From a virus, in IMG/VR virus record IMGVR_UViG_3300028608_000002: a stretch of DNA of 40,732 bases, one strand, 5' to 3'. A program made the translations under genes and the position numbers. Below the pieces are notes generated by a model. That model was given only the letters and a program-made list of their open reading frames with translations, was not told the origin of the DNA and ran no database searches. This document shows positions 15,005 to 24,247 of the stretch, piece by piece. Every line of letters starts with the position of its first letter. Position 1 is the first letter of the stretch.

Positions 15005-15991
15005 TCAGCTGCTGGGGGTGCCGGTGACGTCGACCGTGACCTTCACGACCGCGTCCCGGATCTCCTCGCGGACCGCGGCGACCACCGCGTCCGTGTCCAC
15101 GTTGGAGCCGACGAGGGCGGCCAGCCGGGAGATGGCCGCGGTCTGCGCGACCTCGGTCGCCTGCATCGCGCGGACGCGGGTCTGCACGTCGCGGAGGATG
15201 GACTGGGGCTGCCACGTCGGGTTGGTCTTGCGGTCGGCCGCGTCCGTCGGTGCGGCGAGCGCGTCCGTCTTCCACACCGCGTCGAAGATGTCGCGCTTCG
15301 TCATGCCTGCCATGGGGTCTTCCTCCTGCTCAGGGTTCCAATCGGGGCCGTGCTCCAGCCGCTCAGCGACGTCGGCACGGAACTGCGTCGGCGTGAAGTC
15401 GAACCGGCCGCGCGGGCCGTAGCCCTCCACTGGACCGCGCGGGTCGACCTTCCCCTCCACGCTCGTCTCCTTGTGGCAGCCAGCCGACTCGGCCGTCCAG
15501 CCGTGGTGCCGGCACACGGCCGCGTTGATCCGCACCCACGCGTCGTACTGGGCGCGCGGGTACACGTCCTTGCCGTCGCCGAGGTTCTCCGCCTCCAGGC
15601 CGTACGCGACGTCGTTCCCGTCGACCGTGCCCGACGCGCGGGACGGCGCCGGGTGCGTGGTCTTCTCGTCGCGGAACGAGGCGTACGCGTTGGTCGCCAT
15701 CGGCCCGGCGTGGTTCGCGCGGCCCGCGCTGCACATCGTGGCCACACCCGACCGGGCGAGGTAGACGTGAGCGAGCGGCGCCGGCAGACCCGGGACACCG
15801 TTCTTCGCGACGACGTCCTTAGCGTTCCGCCCCGCGGTGTGGTGGTTGAGGAACATCCGCACCGGGCCGAAGACTTTGCCGGTGGCGGCGTCGCGCTCGC
15901 GGGTGCGCCAGCCCGGGTACTCCTCGACGCGGACGCCTTCGGCGCGGAGGATCTTCAGCCACAGGTCGGGGGTGAGTGGTGTGGTGGACAT
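15005..15991 (-). CDS. Endolysin: N-acetylmuramoyl-L-alanine amidase (Amidase_2/PGRP type) with an unrecognised C-terminal domain
   Basis: 328 aa. Motifs are LNHHTAG, AGRANHAG, YGLEAEN and GCHKE (zinc-ligand pattern). Confidence 0.8.
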   Translation of the reverse strand: MSTTPLTPDLWLKILRAEGVRVEEYPGWRTRERDAATGKVFGPVRMFLNHHTAGRNAKDVVAKNGVPGLPAPLAHVYLARSGVATMCSAGRANHAGPMATNAYASFRDEKTTHPAPSRASGTVDGNDVAYGLEAENLGDGKDVYPRAQYDAWVRINAAVCRHHGWTAESAGCHKETSVEGKVDPRGPVEGYGPRGRFDFTPTQFRADVAERLEHGPDWNPEQEEDPMAGMTKRDIFDAVWKTDALAAPTDAADRKTNPTWQPQSILRDVQTRVRAMQATEVAQTAAISRLAALVGSNVDTDAVVAAVREEIRDAVVKVTVDVTGTPSS

Positions 15992-16003
15992 GAGGTGTGC
16001 CTT

Positions 16004-16486
16004 TCAGAGGAGTCGGGCGTAGCGGGGTGCTCCGCCGATGGCGCCGCCGGAGCCGAACTTGCCGCCCGTCGTGGCGCCCGTCGTGCGCCGGACCTGGATC
16101 TGCACCTTCAGGTCCGGCAGTTGCCGGTACGGGGTGAGGTCGATCGTCAGCGTCGGCAGGACGTAGCCGAACGTTGCGGGCACGGTGCCGCTCCCGGCCG
16201 TCGTGGTGTCCGCCAGCTGCACCCGCCACTCGCCGCCGGTGTTCGTGGTGCCGACGACGTCCCCGATGAACACCAGGCCCATCGCCAGCGTCGCCGTGCG
16301 CGGGCTGAGGACGGTCTCCCACAGGGTGGTGAAGCTCGTGTTGTCCTCGTAGACGAACGTGCGCAGCGACGTCGGGTAGAACGGGGCCTCGTCCCGCTCC
16401 CGGCCCGACCGCTGCAACGCGGCGACGGTCTCCTCCAGCTCGGCGAGCCGCTGCAACACGTCCGGCGTCCTGTACACCCTGGGCAC
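16004..16486 (-). CDS. Hypothetical tail-associated protein (160 aa)
   Basis: ORF track with a GTG start 1 nt after the upstream stop. It is the last gene of the tail block. Confidence 0.6.
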   Translation of the reverse strand: MPRVYRTPDVLQRLAELEETVAALQRSGRERDEAPFYPTSLRTFVYEDNTSFTTLWETVLSPRTATLAMGLVFIGDVVGTTNTGGEWRVQLADTTTAGSGTVPATFGYVLPTLTIDLTPYRQLPDLKVQIQVRRTTGATTGGKFGSGGAIGGAPRYARLL

Positions 16487-16487
16487 G

Positions 16488-17696
16488 TCACACCCCCACG
16501 CACGTGAGGCGGACCCGCTCGGGCCCGTTCGTCGAGGTGTTCTCGATGCTGACGATGCGGAGGACGCCCTCGCGGCCGCGCGGCGAGTCCGGCTCGGGGT
16601 CGATGACGAACAGCGCCTCGTCCCCCACCTGATAGCTACCGAAGGCGGGGTCGACGTCGGCGGCCACCTCGAAAGTCGGCTGCACGTCGCTCTTGGATCG
16701 GGCCTCCAGATCGGCGTTCGCCAGCGCCTGCACCTGCGCCTCGTCCACCACCCCGTCGTAGGTGGCCACCCCCTCGAGGAGCGGCCACCCCGACGCGATC
16801 AGATCGTCCGCGCTGGCCGTCTTCACGATGCGGGCCTCCCCACGGCCGGCCCCGAGCCCGGACATCTCCGTCACCAGCGATGTGCCGTCCTCCGGCCAGT
16901 CGTAGTCAATGATCGACCCGAACCCGCCGCCCTTCGAGAAGACGAGACCGGACTCGGCGGCGGTCCGGCCGCGGCGTGGGTACCAGGTGCGGGCCCGCCG
17001 GTACCGGCGCGGCGGCTCGTTGTTCGCGGCGCTCGTCCAGCCCAGCTCCACCCCGAAGTCGAACCCGTCGTCCGCCGAGGCGAGGTCGGTGATCGCCTTG
17101 TAGATCTCGGGCCGCTCGTAGCCGAAGAACGTGGTGGTGCGGCTGATGCCGTGCGCGGCCCCGGCGAGCGGGTTCAGGTCCAGGCCGATGTTCCCGCCGG
17201 GCTGGTCCCGCGCGTACCGCATCAGGCTCCACACGACGTGCATCTGATCCGAGTACAGGCGCTGCCCGCCGACGTCCACGTACGACGGGTCGATCAGCAG
17301 CGACGTGTCCGTGGACAGCGTCTTCTTCACGTACCGGCGCTGGAAGTACGACAGGAACTCGGCGGCCTGTATGGCCTTGCCGCCCTTGGCGCGGTCCCGT
17401 GTCCAGATGATGCCGCCCCACACCAGCACCCCGTCCCGGTCCACGTACACCGCAGTGCGGCCGGGCTGGGATGCGGTCTCCGGGTCGAGCGGCAGCGTCT
17501 CATCGTTGTACGGGATGGTGCCGGTGAGCTTGCCGATCCCGTTCAGCTCGAACGAGTACTTCACCCCAGACAGTGGCAGCTCGGCGAGGAGCGTGTCCGT
17601 ACGCAGGTCGCAGAACAGGTACGTGTACGTGTGCTCCGGCTGGTCGGAGGTGGCGGCGAACAGCTGCGCCGACAGCATCGTCAGGTCGGCCGTCAT
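16488..17696 (-). CDS. Minor tail protein
   Basis: ORF 16488..17723. The start is ATG 17696 (TGATG overlap) or GTG 17699. The N-terminus YLFCDLRTDTLLAELPLSGVKYSFELNGIGKLTG is typical of siphovirus baseplate/tail proteins. Confidence 0.7.
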   Translation of the reverse strand: MTADLTMLSAQLFAATSDQPEHTYTYLFCDLRTDTLLAELPLSGVKYSFELNGIGKLTGTIPYNDETLPLDPETASQPGRTAVYVDRDGVLVWGGIIWTRDRAKGGKAIQAAEFLSYFQRRYVKKTLSTDTSLLIDPSYVDVGGQRLYSDQMHVVWSLMRYARDQPGGNIGLDLNPLAGAAHGISRTTTFFGYERPEIYKAITDLASADDGFDFGVELGWTSAANNEPPRRYRRARTWYPRRGRTAAESGLVFSKGGGFGSIIDYDWPEDGTSLVTEMSGLGAGRGEARIVKTASADDLIASGWPLLEGVATYDGVVDEAQVQALANADLEARSKSDVQPTFEVAADVDPAFGSYQVGDEALFVIDPEPDSPRGREGVLRIVSIENTSTNGPERVRLTCVGV

Positions 17697-18853
17697 CACG
17701 CCACCCGCTCCACCGTCAGCCATGAGTCACGGACCATGGTGACGACGCCGGCGGTACCGGTGCGGCCGATCTGCGGGCCGTAGGTGCCCGCCGTCGACCC
17801 GGTCCGCAGGAGGGCCCGCACCAGCATGCCGGACGGATTGTCGACGTCCGTGCGGGCGCCGAAGCTGCGGGCGGAGGTGAGCGCGGTGGACAGGGTCCGC
17901 ACCGGGCCCTCACCGCTGCTGGCACTGATCGGCTGAGCGAACCCCAGCCACGTCCCCGTCGCGCCCGTGGGCCCGACCCAGTCCAAGTTGAGGTCGCCCT
18001 GAGACTCGTCGCTGGTGTACCAGTGCAGCATGCCCTCCACCGTGTAGACCGCGTTCGCGGCGACCGGGATCATCAGGCCGGTCACGTCCACGGGGGTACT
18101 GAACGAGCTGGTGAAGTTGGAGTCCAGCCGGACGAAAGTCTTCTTCCCGATCGCGGAGGCGCCCGCAGACTGGAGCACGTTGGCGGTGCTGCCGTCGGGC
18201 TTGCCGTACACGAACGTGTCGGTGTCCGTCAGGTACAGCACCTGCCCCGGGTGCATCCGGTTCGGGGCCACGCTCGACGCCACCGGCACAATCCCGCCCG
18301 CGGCCACGGTGTAGTTCCGGACATCGGCGATGTTGCCCGCGGCCACTGCCGTCTGGCTCGGGCCGATCGACAGGTCCGCGAGGATCTGCGCGTTGTTCGG
18401 CAGGCTGCCCCGCTGCGTGGTGCCCGCCGAGCTGGCGTACGGGCCCTGGATGACCTCCAGCCGCCACTCGTTCGCCGACCCGGCGTACTCGCCGTCGTAC
18501 ACCGAGGCGACCACGGTGTCCTTCCGGTACTGGCCGGCCCCACCCGCGGGCTGCACCGTCAGGGCCACGTCCCCGTCGTTGGCGCAGATGTACGTGCCCT
18601 GCCCGCCGGCGTCGTGCTGGTCGACGAACGCGAACCCGGCGCTGACGATGACGCTCATGTTCGGGGTCGGGGCGGCGCGGACCTTCAGCTGCTGTTGCTG
18701 GTAGCTGGGCTTGACGCCCTGCCGGATCCGCATCGGCGTCGCCTCGTCCGCAGCGAACCCGGGGTAGGACAGGAGCGCGGTCAGGGCCAGCCGGTCGTTA
18801 CGGGCCGGGTAGCTTCCGGCCTGCATCCACATGGGCGGGTTGATCAGGGCCAC
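17696..18853 (-). CDS. Minor tail protein / candidate receptor-binding protein
   Basis: GTG 18853 has an AAAGGAGG SD. The N-terminus is PPMWMQAGSYPARNDR and the rest is Gly/Thr/Ser-rich beta-type sequence. Confidence 0.7.
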   Translation of the reverse strand: MALINPPMWMQAGSYPARNDRLALTALLSYPGFAADEATPMRIRQGVKPSYQQQQLKVRAAPTPNMSVIVSAGFAFVDQHDAGGQGTYICANDGDVALTVQPAGGAGQYRKDTVVASVYDGEYAGSANEWRLEVIQGPYASSAGTTQRGSLPNNAQILADLSIGPSQTAVAAGNIADVRNYTVAAGGIVPVASSVAPNRMHPGQVLYLTDTDTFVYGKPDGSTANVLQSAGASAIGKKTFVRLDSNFTSSFSTPVDVTGLMIPVAANAVYTVEGMLHWYTSDESQGDLNLDWVGPTGATGTWLGFAQPISASSGEGPVRTLSTALTSARSFGARTDVDNPSGMLVRALLRTGSTAGTYGPQIGRTGTAGVVTMVRDSWLTVERVA

Positions 18854-18868
18854 CTCGGGCCCTCCTTT

Positions 18869-20281
18869 CTACAGGCTGGTGTCTCGCCAGGTGACGGTGA
18901 GAAGGGACGGCTGGCCGGCGTCACCCGGCAGGGCGGACCCCCGGAACGCGAGTTCGTTGGGGCCCGGCTCGAGGAGTGGCCACGTCGACCCGGCGCGGAC
19001 CCAGGCGCGGCGAGGGCTGGACCCCATCAGCAGGACGGCCCGAGTGCGGGTGTCGATGATCAGGTATTCGCCGGCCTGGAGGGAGGCGTCGAGGACGAGG
19101 ATGCCGCCGGTCGTCACCTGCTCGATCGCGGGGTTGGCCACGGGCCCGTCGAGGCGCAGCACCGGGTACGCCGGTGAAGCGCCGTCGTTGACGGCAGTCA
19201 GCCGGCCGGACGTGCCCGCACTGCCGTAGGAGCGGACCCCCGTGGCAGCGCCCAGGCGCCGGGACGGGGAGTCGTGCGGCGTGCCCTCCCACGTGCAGCC
19301 GGGCAGCGAGCCGTCCACGTAGTCCGACGGGCTGGAGACTCCGGTCTCGGCCATCATCGCGTCCGCCTGCCACACCACCCCAGGGGCCGAGTTGTAGGCG
19401 ACCGCGACCTGTGTGCAGGTCTGCCCGGCCGGGACGGTGTACTGGACGCTGACCCGCGTCCACTGTCCGGCCGCCGGTGTGCCGGCGCTGGCGGTGCCGA
19501 GTGTCGAGGATGCCGAGCGGAACGCGAAGAACACGGTGGTGCCGGTGCCGGGCACCTTCACCCACGCGGACGCCGTGATCGTGGTCCCGGCCGGCTGAGG
19601 AGTGATCGCGTACTGCGCGCCGCCGAACGTGGTCCCCGACCCGTTGGTGATCTGAACGGATGCCGTGCCGGACTGGCCGTCCGAGGTGACGCGGGCCAGC
19701 GCGGACGAGTTGTAGGCGGAGATGTCCGTCAAGCCGAGTTCGGCGGACGGGTTGAAGGCGTAGTTCCGGGCGAGGATCGGGGCTGCCCCGTACGCCAGCG
19801 GGTACGTGCGTCCCGCCGACGGGGAGTACGTCGACGTGAACGCCGTCTTCTCCTCGAGCCCGTACAGGTACGGGTCCGCGCAGTACACCTCGAGGGCCGC
19901 GTCACCGAGCCGCCACAGCTGCTCAGCGTCGTACGGCAGCGACCGCTTCCGCACCTTGCCCCACACCATGACGTCCTGGTCCAGGAACTGGAGCGGGGCA
20001 GGCTGGCGCTGCGGCTGGGTGGCGTTGCGCAGGGCCAGCGTCAGCTTCCGCAGGTCGTCCGGCGACTCGCCGCGGATGCCGAGCTTGAGCTGCACTACCC
20101 GCGCCCCGGTCCAGTCGGGGCCGGTGTAGTCGCCGTGCTGGCCCGGCCGTTCGACGTCCTCGCCGCGGATGTCCGGCAGATCGTCCAGCCCTTCCACGGC
20201 GGCCACGGTGTACGGGGTGCCGGGCCCGAACTCCAGCCCGCCCCACCGCACGCGGCCGAGTGCCTGCTGTGCCACGCTCAC
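18869..20281 (-). CDS. Distal tail protein (Dit-like) with an inserted carbohydrate-binding-like domain
   Basis: ORF 18869..20305 trimmed to GTG 20281 (GTGA overlap with the tape-measure stop). The N-terminus is GLEFGPGTPYTV...LDDLPDIRGEDVERPGQHG. The middle segment resembles a CBM jelly-roll. Confidence 0.65.
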   Translation of the reverse strand: MSVAQQALGRVRWGGLEFGPGTPYTVAAVEGLDDLPDIRGEDVERPGQHGDYTGPDWTGARVVQLKLGIRGESPDDLRKLTLALRNATQPQRQPAPLQFLDQDVMVWGKVRKRSLPYDAEQLWRLGDAALEVYCADPYLYGLEEKTAFTSTYSPSAGRTYPLAYGAAPILARNYAFNPSAELGLTDISAYNSSALARVTSDGQSGTASVQITNGSGTTFGGAQYAITPQPAGTTITASAWVKVPGTGTTVFFAFRSASSTLGTASAGTPAAGQWTRVSVQYTVPAGQTCTQVAVAYNSAPGVVWQADAMMAETGVSSPSDYVDGSLPGCTWEGTPHDSPSRRLGAATGVRSYGSAGTSGRLTAVNDGASPAYPVLRLDGPVANPAIEQVTTGGILVLDASLQAGEYLIIDTRTRAVLLMGSSPRRAWVRAGSTWPLLEPGPNELAFRGSALPGDAGQPSLLTVTWRDTSL

Positions 20282-23200
20282 CGCCTCCCCACGAGGCCAC
20301 GCCACGACAGGGCCCGCAGGACCCCGTCCGGGCTGGCCTCGGTCTCGTACAGGTGGAAGGTGTTGTACTGGTCGCCGCCCCCGACGGTGCCCGCGGTGAC
20401 GGCCGCGAGCTGCCCGGCCGTCGGGGTGACCGCGAGCGCCGCACCGGCCCCCGACGCGACGTCGAGCGCGGCACCCGCCACCGTCCGCGCCGCCGCCCGG
20501 ACCCGGCCCACCGTGGCGAGGAGACCAGCCTCCAGGCCCCGCCCGTCCATCTCACCGATCCACGCAAACTCCCGGGACGGGGAACGTGTCTTGTGGGCCT
20601 TCTTCGTGGTGGTGATCATGCCCTTCGCAATCTTCACCATCTGCTTCTCGATGGTCTTCTCCTGCGACTTCAGCCCCTCCACCAGACCCTGAGCCGCGCG
20701 GATCCCCGCCGAGTACAGGGCGTCGCCGACCGTGTCCCCGGTGCTCTTCGCGCTCTTCGCGAGCTGCGCCTGAAGGCCGTTGATCTTCTTCAGCTCAGCC
20801 GGCGTCGCCCGGGCCAGCGCGGCAGCGGTCGCCCCGCCGGCGTCCACCCCCGCGTCCGCGATCTGCTGCAAAAGGTCCGAGCGGAGGCCCGCCTTGCGCA
20901 GGGCGACGATGTTCTTCTGGAACTCCTGCGTGCGCTTGAGAGCCTGCTGCAACTCGACCGTGATGGCGCTGACGGAGTTGACGTCGGCGTGCCCGGAGGT
21001 GATGTCGGCCTCGCCGAGGATCCCCTTGGTGATGTCCCCGGCCGCCTTGGACCGCGCCTTCAGCAGGTCGTCCAACTTCTTCTGACCGGCCGCCAGTTTC
21101 TTGATGACCGCGTCACGCCGGGTGGTCAGCTTCTCCAGCTCGGTGATGGCCTTCTTCAGCGTCTTGCCATAGCCGGAGCGGACATTCGACGGGAGCGCCT
21201 TCGTGATAGACGCCAGCTTGGAACGCAGCTTCGCCGTGGTGCCGTCGATGCCCTTAATGAACCCCTCGATCAACAGGCGGCCGGCCGGGGTGAGAATCCG
21301 CGCGTCCTTCGCGGGCGGGCCCTTCCAGTCGGTCAGGCTGCCCGTGAGTCCGGTGAGGACGTCCCGCACCCCGGGAATCGCAGACTTGATACCGATGATG
21401 AAACCCTGAATGAGGTCCCGTCCGGCCTGCGGCAAGATGTCGATGAAGCCGAAAACGATGCCGCGGACGATGCCGGGGAGGCCCGCAATCATGCCGCGCA
21501 CTCGGTCGATCATGTCGAAGACCTGCGTGGTCACGCTGACCTTGGCGTTCTCGCCCATGCTGCGCAGGACGCTGACGAAGGACAGCGTGTGCGCGGTGAT
21601 CTTCGATGGCAGACTGCTGACATTCCGCGCCACGTCGATTGACATGTTCGCAATTGATGCATTCGCCGAATCCGACGCCGATTCGAAATCGCCGCGCAAA
21701 ACCTGCGAGAAACCCTTTACGCCTTCGGTGGCCTGACCGGCCAGCCAGCCGACGAGAATACCCAGCCATTCGACGATCTTCTGTAGCCCGACCGCGAACA
21801 TTTCCAGCGCGGGCGCTATCACCTCGCGGATAATGACCGATACTCCGCGCAGAAAGTATTGCAGGAGCGGCAGCAAATCGACGATCAGTTCAGAGATCGG
21901 CGGGAGCAGCGGCGTTATCGCGGCCACGATCTCCCGGAACACGCCGGCCACTTCCACCAGCACCGGTTCGAGGGCCTCGAGGATCGGCTGGAGCGCCTCG
22001 CCCAGGGCGACGATCAGCTCCTCCATGGGCGGGCCGATCTCGGCGAGGATCGGCGCGATCATGCCGAGCGCCTGCGCCAGCAGCGGCGCCACCGTCTCGC
22101 CGAGGGTGCCCATCACCTCGAAGAGGGCCGTCAGTCCTTCCTGCACCTCGGGGCTGTTGACGGCGTCGGCGATCGCCTGCGTGACGTCTTGCAGCATGCC
22201 GATGATGCCGCCGCCCTCGGGCACCGCGGAGAAGATGCCGCGGAAGATCTCGCCGACGTTCCCGCCGACCTCCATCAGATCCTTCAGCAGATCGATGGCG
22301 CCCTCGATGGACTCCTGCATCTGCCCGGACTCGAACGAGGCGTTGAGCCGCTTCCCGATGTCCTCGGCGGCCTCGGCCGCGCCCTCCGTCAGCCGCTCGA
22401 ACGACGGGCCGGCGGCGGCAGCGATCTGCCCCAGCGCCTTCACCACGGTCCGCGGCACCTTGGACAGGTTCCGCAGGCCCTTGGACGCGGAGCCGAGGCC
22501 CTTGCCCAGGGTGCCGCTGGTGGCCAGCTCCCGGCCCGCGTCGAGCGCACCCGACGCCATCTCGTTCAGGGCCGTCCCCGTGTTGAGGAGGTTCTTCCGC
22601 AGGACGGGGAGGACGACGCGGCCGGTCCGCTGCAAGTTGTCGGCGAGGCCGCGGAACACGCGGTCCTGGACGTCCTGCTGCATGCTGCGCAGGGCCGGCG
22701 CCGCATCCCGTACGGCGGTCGCGAACTTCCGCGCCTCCGGCGACAGTTTCTCGAGGGCCTCCCCGAACTCGGCCGCCTTGCTGGGGTCGAGCGCTGCGGT
22801 GAGCGCGTCGTCCATCCCGATCGCGGCGAGCTTCACCGCGCCCTGCGCCAGCTGCAGCGCGGCCATCCCCGTGACCGCCACCCCCGCCGCCGGCGCGACG
22901 TTCTGCAGAGTGGAGACGACACCGGCCAGGATCGGCACCGCCGCGCCGACACCGGCCGTCGCCGCGCCCACCCCGGCCAGCGAGCCCGCCGCCCGCCCCG
23001 CGACAGCGGGAATCCGGCGCAGGATGCGGGTGAGCCGGTCCGGGCCGTCAGTGTCCACGTCCACGTCGATATCGACGTCCGTGTCATCGACCTGCCGGGC
23101 GGCCCGCCGCAACTCCTCCAGCTGCCGTGCAGCCGCCGCCGTCGCGGCCCGGACGTTGACGTCGTGGTGCTCGTCACCGATCCGCTGGAGGTTCGCCTCC

Positions 23201-23502
23201 AGGTCCTCCAGCTGCCGAAGGGCGTCCGTGATGGACACGTCCACGCCGATGCGCTGCGAGTCCAGCATGGCGAGCTGACGGTGCACGCGGGCGAGGTCCC
23301 GATCGAGCGGCTCGGAGTCGCCGTCGATGGTGACCTGCGGCAGGTGCCGCAGGAGGTTGTCCAGCTGCCGGTTGATGCCGCTGCCGAGCGCGGACCCCAT
23401 GGCGGAGCCCTGCCGTCTGGCGTCGTCGATCTCTCCGGAGGTGCCGCCGAGGTTGACCTGGAGGTGGGAGACGAGGTTCGGCAGGTTGATGTCGTCGGCC
23501 AT
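20278..23502 (-). CDS. Tape measure protein (1074 aa)
   Basis: Called from its size, its position after the G/GT chaperones, its long helical Ala/Leu/Gly-rich sequence with a hydrophobic central block, and a GGAGGTGA SD. Confidence 0.88.
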   Translation of the reverse strand: MADDINLPNLVSHLQVNLGGTSGEIDDARRQGSAMGSALGSGINRQLDNLLRHLPQVTIDGDSEPLDRDLARVHRQLAMLDSQRIGVDVSITDALRQLEDLEANLQRIGDEHHDVNVRAATAAAARQLEELRRAARQVDDTDVDIDVDVDTDGPDRLTRILRRIPAVAGRAAGSLAGVGAATAGVGAAVPILAGVVSTLQNVAPAAGVAVTGMAALQLAQGAVKLAAIGMDDALTAALDPSKAAEFGEALEKLSPEARKFATAVRDAAPALRSMQQDVQDRVFRGLADNLQRTGRVVLPVLRKNLLNTGTALNEMASGALDAGRELATSGTLGKGLGSASKGLRNLSKVPRTVVKALGQIAAAAGPSFERLTEGAAEAAEDIGKRLNASFESGQMQESIEGAIDLLKDLMEVGGNVGEIFRGIFSAVPEGGGIIGMLQDVTQAIADAVNSPEVQEGLTALFEVMGTLGETVAPLLAQALGMIAPILAEIGPPMEELIVALGEALQPILEALEPVLVEVAGVFREIVAAITPLLPPISELIVDLLPLLQYFLRGVSVIIREVIAPALEMFAVGLQKIVEWLGILVGWLAGQATEGVKGFSQVLRGDFESASDSANASIANMSIDVARNVSSLPSKITAHTLSFVSVLRSMGENAKVSVTTQVFDMIDRVRGMIAGLPGIVRGIVFGFIDILPQAGRDLIQGFIIGIKSAIPGVRDVLTGLTGSLTDWKGPPAKDARILTPAGRLLIEGFIKGIDGTTAKLRSKLASITKALPSNVRSGYGKTLKKAITELEKLTTRRDAVIKKLAAGQKKLDDLLKARSKAAGDITKGILGEADITSGHADVNSVSAITVELQQALKRTQEFQKNIVALRKAGLRSDLLQQIADAGVDAGGATAAALARATPAELKKINGLQAQLAKSAKSTGDTVGDALYSAGIRAAQGLVEGLKSQEKTIEKQMVKIAKGMITTTKKAHKTRSPSREFAWIGEMDGRGLEAGLLATVGRVRAAARTVAGAALDVASGAGAALAVTPTAGQLAAVTAGTVGGGDQYNTFHLYETEASPDGVLRALSWRGLVGRR

Positions 23503-23506
23503 CGGG

Positions 23507-24147
23507 TCACCTCCGGTTCATCGTGGCGAACCCCAGCAGGGATGCGCCGTCGGCGGGTTCGGGTTCACGTCGGCCGCCGGACTGGTGGGCGGCCTGGTGC
23601 TGCTCGGCGAGCGTGAGGAGCTGCGCCGGCGTCATGCCCCAGAAGGTGTCTGGCTGAATGTGGAGGGCACCGACGGCGAGGTAGTAGAACTCAGCCCAGG
23701 GGAAACCGTCTCGATCGCCCTGTTGAGGTCCGGGGTCGCGTCGTCGTTTCCCAGGCTCTCGAGGGCCTTGGAGAACGCCGCGTTGAAGGCGTCCACGTAC
23801 TGGCTCAGCCGGCCGGGGTGGAGCAGGTCAGCGAGGTCCGCGCCGTCCGTGCGGCGCCGGAACACGATGTCCCCGCTGATCTTCCGTTCGCCCTTCGCGT
23901 CCTGGTGCTCGCGGAAGTGCGGCTCGAACCCGCCCGGCCCGACCGCGCCGGCGCCGACGAGCTGGATGATCGGGCCGAACGCAGCCCCGTTGCCGGTGGA
24001 ATCGATCGCGCCCTGGACGGCGGCGACGGAGCCGTAGCGGGCCTCGAGGAGAGCGAGGGCGCGCATGCTGTAGCGGAGCTGCACGCTGGTGCCGTCGACG
24101 AGGTCAACGGTTCCGCCGTCGGCGAGGAGGTCAAGGCCGTGCGTCAT
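23507..24147 (-). CDS. Tail assembly chaperone, -1 frameshifted long form (GT-like, about 213 aa)
   Basis: The slip occurs at G_GGA_AAC (23752-23746). The -1 frame is open to TGA 23509-23507 and encodes ...FPWAEFYYLAVGALHIQPDTFWGMTPAQLLTLAEQH... Confidence 0.7.
23632..24147 (-). CDS. Tail assembly chaperone (G-like short form, 171 aa)
   Basis: ORF 23632..24231 trimmed to ATG 24147. It sits between the major tail and tape-measure genes. Confidence 0.75.
   Translation of the reverse strand: MTHGLDLLADGGTVDLVDGTSVQLRYSMRALALLEARYGSVAAVQGAIDSTGNGAAFGPIIQLVGAGAVGPGGFEPHFREHQDAKGERKISGDIVFRRRTDGADLADLLHPGRLSQYVDAFNAAFSKALESLGNDDATPDLNRAIETVSPGLSSTTSPSVPSTFSQTPSGA
23746..23752 (-). other. Slippery heptanucleotide G_GGA_AAC for the -1 programmed frameshift
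   Basis: GGA and AAC are zero-frame codons of the chaperone ORF (checked by coordinate arithmetic). Confidence 0.7.
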
Positions 24148-24247
24148 GGTGGTGTCCCTACGTGAGTGCCGGGTTTCGGCCTGCGGATGAAGGGGGTGGC
24201 CGGGCGGGGCCGCGTGCTGAGCGAGAGACACGGGCCCCGGCCCGGGG

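Noticed and set aside
17696-20281. A diversity-generating retroelement or other hypervariation system targeting the tail fibre / Dit genes
   Set aside because: There is no reverse transcriptase ORF anywhere in the genome. No template/variable repeat pair was seen near the receptor-binding candidates.
24148-24247. The CCCCGG/CCGGGG-rich stretch after the major tail gene as a terminator
   Set aside because: The complementary runs are adjacent, with essentially no loop, and overlap several alternative pairings. No single convincing stem-loop could be drawn by hand.
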